Virus record (IMG/VR): IMGVR_UViG_3300031519_000054
Span: 1 to 43,361 of that record
Reading direction: 5' to 3' (one strand)
DNA: 43,361 nucleotides
Origin: a virus
Taxonomy: Duplodnaviria; Caudoviricetes
A program made the translations under genes and the position numbers. The notes below the pieces were generated by a model that ran no database searches, was not told the origin of the DNA, and saw only the letters and a list, made by a program, of their open reading frames with translations. Below are positions 35,217 to 43,361 of this stretch, one piece after another. Numbering within the stretch: position 1 is the stretch's first letter; every line of letters begins with the position of its first letter.

Positions 35217-38200
35217 TAGTATCCTGACCCACTACTGCCGGAACTTGAACTTGATCCCGATCCTGTTGTAGTAGAGCCTGACACTGCTGATCCTGTTGTC
35301 GTAGTTGTCGTATTTGTCGTGGCAGTTGATGTCGATGTAACCACTGTGCCGGATGCCGTCAATTGGTTGGCTCCCAGTGCAGTTATTATCGATACATCAT
35401 CAACGGTGGCCCCACTGATAAAAATTTCGTCTGCCGCTGAATTGATCTGGAACAGAGACCCAAATGTCTGTCCTGATTGGTTTGGCACAATCACTGCTGT
35501 CAGTAAGTCTGGAGCAAGTTGATTGTGTACATAAGCGGCTAGTTCTGTGTAGTAAAAACTGTCTCCAAAATCCCAGTTGTCTAACGCAAAGAATTCATTT
35601 ATCGCGGCAATCACTCTTGTCTTGATCACTGCGTCCGTGACATTTGTTTTTGTGTTCTTGACAACTTTGAAAGTTGCTTGTAGCTCTTCATCTGCATTTG
35701 ACCCAAAAAGTATCCTGTATTTCACTGGGTGGTAGATGATCTGATCTGATAATGATTTTAAAGGATTAAGTGTGCCTGAGTACGATATCCTCAGTTGATC
35801 TGATGTTGACGCTACAGGTTTGACTCCGCCATCCTGTAACCATACTCTAAATAAATTGTCATAGGTTCTTTCTAACATGTACACATCCACGATGTTTGAC
35901 ACACTGGGATCGATCCTGGTCTCTTGTCCGGCATTGTGCCTGTACTGGAAGCTGATCGAACTCCTGCCTCTTCTCGCTATATAATCAGTTGTAGTTGAAA
36001 GTGTGTTTGTAGTCGAACTGTATTTCTTGATCACGTCCTCTGCACCATCATAGAAATAGAACAGCTGACCGTCTGTGTACGTGGTAGTGTTCAAATTTAT
36101 ATCTGCTTCGTTCTCACTCACGACGAAATTTGTTGCGGCATAGAATCTGTATCTCTCTATTGTGTCGTAAGATATGTATTTTTCAAAGAATACGAATTTA
36201 GTCGAAACAGAAGTGTCCGGTTCAACTAATATGTCAAAGATTTCTGGATTGTCAACAACACCGTCGTCATCATCGTCATAGAAACCGATCTTTACTTTCC
36301 TGTTGTCCTGGAAACCGTCTGCTTCTGTCACTGTATCCACAACCTGCCATGTGATAGGATAACCTATGCTGTTGCCTGTCGAAACGATAGAATTTATTTT
36401 TAGAATTTTCACAGTGTCTTTCACACTCTTGCCCGTCTTGTAGTCGTAAATTTTTTCCTGTGCATCATAATGGAACTTGTTCTGTCCCTCTGATTCAAAT
36501 ATGTAATCCAGTTTCCTGTACACGACCGTGTATGTGTTTCCATCATTGCTAAACTTGAACCACCAACTAGCATCTACATTGGTTCCTGTCGTACTGCCTG
36601 CACCTGCCGTATCAAACACTGTGCTGGAACTTAGGTTAGTGCTTGTTATAACCTTCCATTCTTCTGCATCTTGATCGTATCTCAGGCCAAATTCCTCGTA
36701 TGCTTCAATCCTGTTTATTATGTCTACTTCAAGAGTTGCCGAGAATGATGTTGTGAAAGCGGGGATGACTGCATTGAGTACAGCACCGTTTGGTAGTACG
36801 TCGTTGAGTGTTATTGGACCTGTTCCGTCCTCTAGATTACCCACGCCCGAATTAGCACCATCCAACACGACTGCACCGACCTTGGCCCATGCTCTATCTT
36901 CGGCATTGTCTGTTCCTGCCGTTACTAATGTGTCGTTTAAAAATTCCCTTGTGTCCGGTGACGTGAACTTTATCAATGCACCTGTTTTGGCATATTTCAA
37001 ATTTGAAGTTGCGAAATCTCCAACAACCAACGCTCCACCTGATGTGAAGTATCCTGTGTTGGTGTTTGTCCCCGTCGTGGTAGAATTCCATGTCGCTGAC
37101 AAAGAACTCAGATCTTTTGTTGCATATTTTGAATAGTAGAACTGTCTGGCATATGCTTCTTTTAATTTTGCCTCTACCGATACATCAATTGTTGACTGTA
37201 TATCGCTCCTGTTGTTGAAAGTGAAAGTGAACTGCTGAGTGCTTTCTTCCCTATAAATCATGCCGTCCTCTGCGAACACGTTCACATTTGAATATGCACC
37301 TGTTGGATCCAGCACTTCCTTGGCCCTGGATATGCCTGATGCTGACCTGTTCACTGATCTGACTTTGACAATTTCCTGTGACGCTGACAGTGGTACCACT
37401 TGGTAGTCCTCTGCTGTGATCATCCTGTTCTGTGCGTAGTACACCTGTGCGGCCTTCTCCTTGATTGAAGCGTTTGACTCTGTTGCGGCACTGTTGTACA
37501 CAGACGACTTGAGACTGATTGTTAGTGTCAGTGTCTGCTGTGCACCGTTGGCATCCACGTATGGAACTACTAACTGTACGTTCTGCATGTCTGCTGGTTG
37601 TATTGCAAACCTGGCATTGTCGCTGGTTCTGTAATATGTTTTAAAGGTTCCCAAGGGCAAGTTGGAGAAGTTTCCATCCCCGAACACAAGGTCAATGGAA
37701 TCATTCACTTTTGTCACAACGTTGTAGGTATTTCTTTCTGACTTTGCTAGTGAATTATAGATTGCGTTGTTGCCTGACAGTGTTGGTACCCCTGTCCATT
37801 TTTCTAACAGTTGGCCAAACTGATCTAACTTGTATAACCAAACGTCTGTATCGTTGACGTTAGAGGCCTGTAATGATTGGACATAGTTGGTCACTGCTGT
37901 GTCTACGTTAAAATCTGTCTGTTGCATTATTCCCTGCTTGAAGAGAAAGAAGAACCCTGTGTTGTTGGAGCTGTCACCAGATCCATCTGACCTATATGTA
38001 TACGTCAGGCCCGATCCTATTATTGGATCTGCTTCGTAAATAGATTCTGAATCATTTATCGAGCTCGGAACTATCTCGAATTGCCTGGTTGTTCCACCAA
38101 TGGATTTGTTGAAAGAAAATATAGGAAGGTCGGATTGATTAGAACTCAGAGTATAAATCTCTGTTGATATTCCGCCTATTGTGCCCGACTCCCTCGGTGA

Positions 38201-38713
38201 ACCAAAAAGTTGTCCTGTCTGGTTGGCCGCATTCAGTATCGAAGTGAACTGTTCTCTGTAATTTGAATTTGCTGAATCGTTCCACAGTATTGTGCTGTTT
38301 GCAAGATTCGTTCCTGACGAATCTGCAACATCTTGTGACGTGGATATAGCATCAATTTTTAAAAGACCTGTTGCTGGTTTGTTTCTCTTTGCATTGTAGT
38401 TGATAAGTCTTGCTAATCGCAAAATAGAGTTTCTTCTCTCGGCGGTCTCCAGGAAATTTTCCCTTGCATTTAGATCCACTCTGAAAGAAAGTGCCTGTGC
38501 TATGTAGGCTATCAGATCTACCAGTGCAACATACTCCGAACTTTCAACAAAATCGTTAAAGTCATCTGGATAATTTTCCTTAAGGTATGCCACCATGGTT
38601 CTTCGAAGTGTCTCGAAGTCGTAGCTCTTGAAATCTGCCTGTTGGAATGATTGGTAGATTTTCCTCCAATCCTCGGCAACTAATAATCGGTTCTGTCTAT
38701 CTGTTGTGGCCAT
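35216..38713 (-). CDS. Baseplate wedge protein, T4 gp6-like
   Basis: DF.SYDFETLR, FLETAERRNSILRLARLINY, LVFGDG.F...P and RMITAEDY motifs typical of gp6/baseplate J-like proteins. Follows the gp25-like gene. Confidence 0.85.
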   Translation of the reverse strand: MATTDRQNRLLVAEDWRKIYQSFQQADFKSYDFETLRRTMVAYLKENYPDDFNDFVESSEYVALVDLIAYIAQALSFRVDLNARENFLETAERRNSILRLARLINYNAKRNKPATGLLKIDAISTSQDVADSSGTNLANSTILWNDSANSNYREQFTSILNAANQTGQLFGSPRESGTIGGISTEIYTLSSNQSDLPIFSFNKSIGGTTRQFEIVPSSINDSESIYEADPIIGSGLTYTYRSDGSGDSSNNTGFFFLFKQGIMQQTDFNVDTAVTNYVQSLQASNVNDTDVWLYKLDQFGQLLEKWTGVPTLSGNNAIYNSLAKSERNTYNVVTKVNDSIDLVFGDGNFSNLPLGTFKTYYRTSDNARFAIQPADMQNVQLVVPYVDANGAQQTLTLTISLKSSVYNSAATESNASIKEKAAQVYYAQNRMITAEDYQVVPLSASQEIVKVRSVNRSASGISRAKEVLDPTGAYSNVNVFAEDGMIYREESTQQFTFTFNNRSDIQSTIDVSVEAKLKEAYARQFYYSKYATKDLSSLSATWNSTTTGTNTNTGYFTSGGALVVGDFATSNLKYAKTGALIKFTSPDTREFLNDTLVTAGTDNAEDRAWAKVGAVVLDGANSGVGNLEDGTGPITLNDVLPNGAVLNAVIPAFTTSFSATLEVDIINRIEAYEEFGLRYDQDAEEWKVITSTNLSSSTVFDTAGAGSTTGTNVDASWWFKFSNDGNTYTVVYRKLDYIFESEGQNKFHYDAQEKIYDYKTGKSVKDTVKILKINSIVSTGNSIGYPITWQVVDTVTEADGFQDNRKVKIGFYDDDDDGVVDNPEIFDILVEPDTSVSTKFVFFEKYISYDTIERYRFYAATNFVVSENEADINLNTTTYTDGQLFYFYDGAEDVIKKYSSTTNTLSTTTDYIARRGRSSISFQYRHNAGQETRIDPSVSNIVDVYMLERTYDNLFRVWLQDGGVKPVASTSDQLRISYSGTLNPLKSLSDQIIYHPVKYRILFGSNADEELQATFKVVKNTKTNVTDAVIKTRVIAAINEFFALDNWDFGDSFYYTELAAYVHNQLAPDLLTAVIVPNQSGQTFGSLFQINSAADEIFISGATVDDVSIITALGANQLTASGTVVTSTSTATTNTTTTTTGSAVSGSTTTGSGSSSSSGSSGSGY

Positions 38714-38727
38714 AGTATATACAACGA

Positions 38728-38734
38728 TATTTAT
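38728..38734 (-). promoter_or_regulatory. T4-late-like promoter (ATAAATA)
   Basis: In the 42-nt intergenic gap, 14 nt upstream of the gp6-like ATG. Confidence 0.6.
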
Positions 38735-38755
38735 GTGTTAGGAAATGTGCGTACT

Positions 38756-39169
38756 TTAAGATAGGCGTAAGAGTGAGTTCTCATCGAAGTCAAATCTCAG
38801 TTTCTCGGTGATATTCAGGGGAACATATGTTATAGTTGCCTGTATTGCTATGCCCTTGTCAGCTTCTGTCACTAGTATCTCCTCTGTGGATATACGTGGA
38901 TCTGCATTTAGGTTGGCTGTGATGTCCTCGACAATGGCATCTTTCAGTACATCCGTGAACGGTTCGAATATGGCGTCATATATTATAGTACCAAATTCCG
39001 GGTTCTCCACCCTCTCGCCCTTACGTATGCTTAACCTGTTGATCAGATCCTGCTTGGCACACTCAAAATCGTACAGTTTGAAGTTCTTCTTGTCCGCACG
39101 TGAACTGAAACCTTTGAATGTCACTGTCTTGTTGGATAAATTTCCTGATCCTGAATCTCCGTATGCCAT
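38756..39169 (-). CDS. Baseplate wedge/sheath initiator, gp25/gpW-like
   Basis: KQDLINRLSIRKGERVENPEFGTIIYDAIFEP...DPRI signature; 137 aa. Confidence 0.9.
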   Translation of the reverse strand: MAYGDSGSGNLSNKTVTFKGFSSRADKKNFKLYDFECAKQDLINRLSIRKGERVENPEFGTIIYDAIFEPFTDVLKDAIVEDITANLNADPRISTEEILVTEADKGIAIQATITYVPLNITEKLRFDFDENSLLRLS

Positions 39170-41697
39170 TAGTTCAATCTCCTGAATTCAACATCCACCT
39201 TGCTGTAATCTACCATGTAGAATCCTGTGTCTGTCATTTGTCTCGCCCATGGAACTTCCTGTGCCATCACGCCCTCGTATGTCCCTGCTGACTGCTTGTA
39301 TTTAAACGAATAAATGTTGATACCATCGGGTGACTTTCCAACTAATTTGATGTTTTCTTTCAGTCTCACATCGCTCCACTTGAAACCTTCGAAGAAACTC
39401 TTGACCTTGCCGCCTATGTTTCCTATCTTGTCTGATAAATTCACACCCACGTTCTCTGAAAAAGTTTGTCCGCCCCTCGCGGCATCCCTGGCATTGAACA
39501 GTCCCACCTTGGTTGCTAGGCTCTTGACTTGGTTCATGCCCACTATCTGGCCACCCACCACGCTCTTGTAGGTCTGGGTTATGCTGTTGAGATTGGCTAT
39601 GGTACCTTCTATGTTCCCGGACGACAGATTCTTGGTCAGTCCTTGCACGGAATTAAGACTGCTGTTCAGCAGGTCTATGTTGCCACTTATGCCCTTTACG
39701 TTTGTCAACACGTCATTTGTACCTGTACCATATACGTTTCCACTTGTTCCAAATTCATCTAAAACGTTTCCGCTACTGCTCCCCAGTGTGAACAACTCTC
39801 CCGCACTGTTGACGAAAACATTGTCCTTGAACAGTTCTGTGCTCTTGCCTGTGAATTTCTCCACAACCTGTGTGGTGAGATTACTGGTCAGGTCCTTGAG
39901 GGGAGAATTGAAATCCAGCCCCTTGAACTTCTCTGAAATACTGTCCTTGATGTCGAACGGCAGATTTATCTTTTCAGTTATGCCATATATCTCGTTGTAT
40001 TTGGTTCCGAACTCGGTCAGAAGTTCCTTGGCCTTGACGGCGTTGGTGCTGTCACCTATATTCTGTTTGACCCATTGCACTGCATCTGCCTGGTAAATTG
40101 CGTCACGGATCGCACTGTTCTCGTTCAATCTGAGCTGTTGGTTTATGTACTCGGGAGTGCCTGGTGTGTTGGCCTTTTGAAGCCACTTCTTCTTGTTATC
40201 GGCGCCCACTGGAATTATACTGTCACTGTCTATGACGCTGGCCCTGAACATGGGTTCATGTGTTACAAATCTGTGCACCGTGGTCTTGGTCTTCCTGGTG
40301 AAAGATTTTAATGGTCTTTTACCCTCTTGTTTCCCTGCCAGTTCGACATCGCCCTCTTCTCGCAGTTCCATGCCTGCCTTTTCCTTGGTCAGCCATGCTG
40401 GCCCCCATAGTGGACTCGCTTTTGTTGAGTTCATGTGTACCTGTGCTCCTGCCAGATGTATCTGTCCTCCGGCCCCGTGCAACTGCTGTCCCGGAGTGAA
40501 TGATGAGATAGACGATTCAGCATATGCTTGTATACCACCCGCGGGCGAACTCTGTAAGATACCTTTTTCCCCAACTGTCAGTATCGCATCGGCGGATTGG
40601 ATCATCTCCTTGGCCGAACTCATCCTTACCTGTCCGTTGGCATGAAAATTCATGTTGAGATCTGAGTGGAAATTCATGTCTCCCTCTGTCCTCAGGTTGA
40701 TACCACCTACGCCGGAGTAGACGTCTATACGTCCGTTCTTCTGCATCTCGATGTATGCGTTTCCCGAACCGTTGGCTATGTACACCACACCTTCCGTGTC
40801 GTGCATTAAAATTTGATGTCCCGATGCTGTACGCAATCTCGTCAGTTGGTTGGTGCCATTCTCCGCCCCGTCGTCCATGACGAAACTGTGTCCCGGGTTC
40901 CTGTCTGTCTTGACCGGGCCGTTGTCCACCCCTATGTTGACAGTTCTCGAATCTCCACGAATACGTCCCGGGGTGCTCATCCCAAATACTTTGCTCGGTG
41001 ATTCTCTCCTGGCCGAGCTCGACGTTGTTCCCCTCACAGGATCCTGCACCAATCCCTGCCTCTGTAACTGGTCTGCGAGTACATCGTTTATGGGATACTT
41101 CCAATCGTTAAGATTCCCTATCGATTCTCCGGATCCATATTTCCTTTGGTTCTTCTCCCCGGATGGAAGGAATTCTGTTCCATACGTATTTTGTCCTTTT
41201 ACTCCGGCATTTTGGCCTCTCCCCCGTTCTCTGTTGGTAGAAGAGTTGTACTCTGTGTTGCTAGAAGATCCGTAGCCGGGCACCTGTTGGTTAACCAGTG
41301 GCTGTTGCACACATCCTATCCAGAATGCAGAGTTGGCAGTCTTGTCTCCCCTCGCGAACACGACCAACACCTCTGTGTCTATGTCTGGTGGCACCGCCCA
41401 CATTCCGTAGGAGTGTTGCGTTTCCCTGTAATCGTAAGGACTGGTTTCCGACACTGCCCTGATGGTCTTGGCACCATAGAATGGTGAGAGATACTGACAC
41501 CAAACTATCTGTCTCTGTGATGGTAACGTCGTGTGTGTCAGTGCGGGAATGTTAACTCCCAGCCTCCCCATCCTTAGGGGATCTTCCACGTACTTGACTG
41601 TGGCCAGGAATGGCCCGTAATCCTTGGCGTGGTTGGCCTCATTGAATTCCTTCTGGTTGTCGTGCGTGTCTGAGAATCCTTGTGTGTTGTTGATCAT
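39169..41697 (-). CDS. Central spike protein, gp5/VgrG-like, with long C-terminal extension and peptidase S74-type chaperone
   Basis: OB-fold-like N-terminus (DPLRMGRLGVNIP...PPDIDTEVLVVF...WIGC), beta-helix-like region (GHSFVMDD...RLRTASGHQILMHD) and C-terminal WSDVRLKENI...YSFKY...GVMAQEV...VDYSK. Confidence 0.8.
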   Translation of the reverse strand: MINNTQGFSDTHDNQKEFNEANHAKDYGPFLATVKYVEDPLRMGRLGVNIPALTHTTLPSQRQIVWCQYLSPFYGAKTIRAVSETSPYDYRETQHSYGMWAVPPDIDTEVLVVFARGDKTANSAFWIGCVQQPLVNQQVPGYGSSSNTEYNSSTNRERGRGQNAGVKGQNTYGTEFLPSGEKNQRKYGSGESIGNLNDWKYPINDVLADQLQRQGLVQDPVRGTTSSSARRESPSKVFGMSTPGRIRGDSRTVNIGVDNGPVKTDRNPGHSFVMDDGAENGTNQLTRLRTASGHQILMHDTEGVVYIANGSGNAYIEMQKNGRIDVYSGVGGINLRTEGDMNFHSDLNMNFHANGQVRMSSAKEMIQSADAILTVGEKGILQSSPAGGIQAYAESSISSFTPGQQLHGAGGQIHLAGAQVHMNSTKASPLWGPAWLTKEKAGMELREEGDVELAGKQEGKRPLKSFTRKTKTTVHRFVTHEPMFRASVIDSDSIIPVGADNKKKWLQKANTPGTPEYINQQLRLNENSAIRDAIYQADAVQWVKQNIGDSTNAVKAKELLTEFGTKYNEIYGITEKINLPFDIKDSISEKFKGLDFNSPLKDLTSNLTTQVVEKFTGKSTELFKDNVFVNSAGELFTLGSSSGNVLDEFGTSGNVYGTGTNDVLTNVKGISGNIDLLNSSLNSVQGLTKNLSSGNIEGTIANLNSITQTYKSVVGGQIVGMNQVKSLATKVGLFNARDAARGGQTFSENVGVNLSDKIGNIGGKVKSFFEGFKWSDVRLKENIKLVGKSPDGINIYSFKYKQSAGTYEGVMAQEVPWARQMTDTGFYMVDYSKVDVEFRRLN

Positions 41698-41728
41698 ACT
41701 TTAATTTATGCTTCCTTATTTTGACCTT

Positions 41729-43360
41729 TTATTTTTTTTTTATGATAGGAATATATGCTCCATCATTTTCATATCTTCTTTTTGCACCCTCTTCTTTAGA
41801 GTTTTTAAAAGCCTCCGCCCTGTCTTCTGTGAGCTGAGATTTTTCACTGACAACTAATTTTTGTGTGTCAAGGTTGATCTGTGCTACGTCAAAATCCGGT
41901 CCGACACCCTGCTGGTTGTTGAACCTAGAACAGAATAATGTTTGCTGGAACTGGCCATTGTCAAACTTGCTCTCTATCTTGTTGACCTGGTAGAGTCCAT
42001 TGAAGAAGAGGTTCTCACTTCTTTTTGTTGCACTGCTGAACATCAATCCTGTGTTGGTGTCTATGTCATCCGGAAGCCTGTAGTTGAGGAAGAATATTGG
42101 CTGGTATGAGTCAGAGTTGAAACTGTCAAAAGTCTCGCTGTATGTGTTGTCACCACCCACTGTGGTTACCCTGTCCTGGTGTATGGGCATGTACATGTCC
42201 TGGCAGATGTACGCCGGGTCTCCCAGTATCTCCAGTTCGATCTTCAGCATATCTGCATTTGGGTTGGTCAGGTAATCATAGAACTGTTGTCCCTGCCCGT
42301 TCTCATCTTTTCCGCCATCCAGTGTGTTACGTCCCTTGACTATGGAAGGATACTGCCTCAACGGTATCAACGGGTCTGGATATATTTCTTTACCAAACAC
42401 TCCCTCCACAAGACTTTTCCCCCACTCGAATACTCCCTTGTACGCAGTGTCCTTGTCGTCGTTCCTGACGTTCCTCTGGTAGTAGGCCGTCTTGTATAAG
42501 ATCTTCAGACCCTGCACGTCCACGTTTTCTCCTGTGTAAATGTAGTTGTATTCCTTGTGTACCTTTTTGCTCCAGTCTGTCGCCCCTGCACTGATGCCCG
42601 GGGCCACCAGTTTCAACACATGTATCTTGTATGGTACCGCCTGGTACACTATCCTCTTTTTATGCATCTTTGTTATGTCATCGAACTGATCAGTGAAGGT
42701 CTCTACCGTGGTCTTTATCTTGAACCAATTCACGTACTGGTTGTCCTTGACTATGTTTGCCAGCTTGTCACTGTTCACAAAATCCTTTAGTTTCTTTTCA
42801 TCCTTTATTATATCGTCCCCCACTCCCACTGAGCCCAGATAGGTCGTCCAGAAGTCATCGGACAGCTCTTGGTACCCCGTCTGTGTTCTTATGGCGTCCT
42901 CGAAGAATTTCGTAAGGGTGGTGTTGTTGCCTGCAGATCCTCCAACTCTTTCTAATTTTGCTACATCGATCGGTCCGGAGTTCTGTCCGCGGGCTCTTGG
43001 ATGCGAGGACCTATTGGTTGAACCTTTGCTCGAATCATACTCTCTCCCAACTCTCAGCACATCTGCATGGATGTTGAATTCGTACTCGTCTGCTATCTCT
43101 CTTTTCCCTTCCTTGATCTCTTGCTCCATCATGTCGGCCAGGACAGCCTCTACCTCAAGAGCCCATTGCTCAGGCGTGGAAGCGGCAACAGGAACGTCCG
43201 CCCTTGGGAACTTGAACCTGTCGTCGAACGCTACGTCCACGTATGGCACCGCCACTATGCTGTATCTGGCTCCTCCCTCGTTGACCTCGAACTCCACCCT
43301 TGCGATCAGTATCGGTATCTTCCTGACCAACGGTGGTGTTTTCACGGGGGAACCGTTCTC
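41729..43360 (-). CDS. Baseplate hub-like tail protein; 5' end outside the window
   Basis: The frame is open to the window edge (ENGSPVKTPP...), so the track's GTG start is internal. LEILGDP and GLYQVNKIESKFDNGQFQQTL resemble the C-terminus of gp27/gpD-like hubs. Lies directly upstream of the spike. Confidence 0.65.
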   Translation of the reverse strand, partial: ENGSPVKTPPLVRKIPILIARVEFEVNEGGARYSIVAVPYVDVAFDDRFKFPRADVPVAASTPEQWALEVEAVLADMMEQEIKEGKREIADEYEFNIHADVLRVGREYDSSKGSTNRSSHPRARGQNSGPIDVAKLERVGGSAGNNTTLTKFFEDAIRTQTGYQELSDDFWTTYLGSVGVGDDIIKDEKKLKDFVNSDKLANIVKDNQYVNWFKIKTTVETFTDQFDDITKMHKKRIVYQAVPYKIHVLKLVAPGISAGATDWSKKVHKEYNYIYTGENVDVQGLKILYKTAYYQRNVRNDDKDTAYKGVFEWGKSLVEGVFGKEIYPDPLIPLRQYPSIVKGRNTLDGGKDENGQGQQFYDYLTNPNADMLKIELEILGDPAYICQDMYMPIHQDRVTTVGGDNTYSETFDSFNSDSYQPIFFLNYRLPDDIDTNTGLMFSSATKRSENLFFNGLYQVNKIESKFDNGQFQQTLFCSRFNNQQGVGPDFDVAQINLDTQKLVVSEKSQLTEDRAEAFKNSKEEGAKRRYENDGAYIPIIKKK

Positions 43361-43361
43361 A

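Noticed and set aside
63-42790. All plus-strand ORFs and the short out-of-frame minus-strand ORFs in the track
   Set aside because: They lie almost wholly opposite or inside long motif-bearing minus-strand genes and have no recognisable motifs. They are best explained as shadows of codon bias.
1-43361. CRISPR array, tRNA/rRNA, diversity-generating retroelement, transposase or integrase
   Set aside because: Intergenic gaps are all under about 50 nt. I saw no repeat-spacer arrays, RT or recombinase motifs, or adenine-specific repeat pairs.
1-43361. Stop-codon reassignment, as seen in some large phages
   Set aside because: Code 11 gives near-complete coding density including a 13-kb ORF. TAA, TAG and TGA all end genes at positions abutting the next start.
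35216-43361. Bacterial T6SS or extracellular contractile injection system instead of a phage
   Set aside because: No membrane-complex or ATPase genes and no host housekeeping genes are visible. T4-late-like boxes, multiple fibres and a very large gp6-like protein favour a phage. Capsid genes are outside the window, so this is not formally excluded.

Overview
This window is a gene-dense fragment of a large T4-like or jumbo tailed phage. All credible genes are on the minus strand, and standard code 11 reads them without interruption. Read in the direction of transcription (right to left), it starts with a baseplate/tail module: hub-like protein (partial), gp5/VgrG-like spike with a C-terminal S74-type chaperone, gp25-like and gp6-like wedge proteins, a 4349-aa multidomain virion protein, three paralogous fibre proteins and a glycine-rich adhesin-like protein ending in a Hint domain. 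Embedded in and following this module is a large set of modifying enzymes: two 2OG-Fe(II) hydroxylases, an SDR, two GNAT-fold proteins, three GT-A glycosyltransferases, five N-terminal-twitch radical SAM proteins and two SGNH-like proteins. Three real genes are missing from the supplied ORF track (58 aa, 34 aa and a partial GNAT/MCD-like gene). The most striking unexplained signals are about 16 copies of the tetrapeptide DGST in the giant protein, written with unrelated codons, and Ser/Thr-rich tails ending in GY on two other virion proteins. Together with the enzyme cluster, these suggest a phage-encoded system for post-translational decoration of the virion (inference). All family assignments come from motifs recognised by eye; no searches were run.
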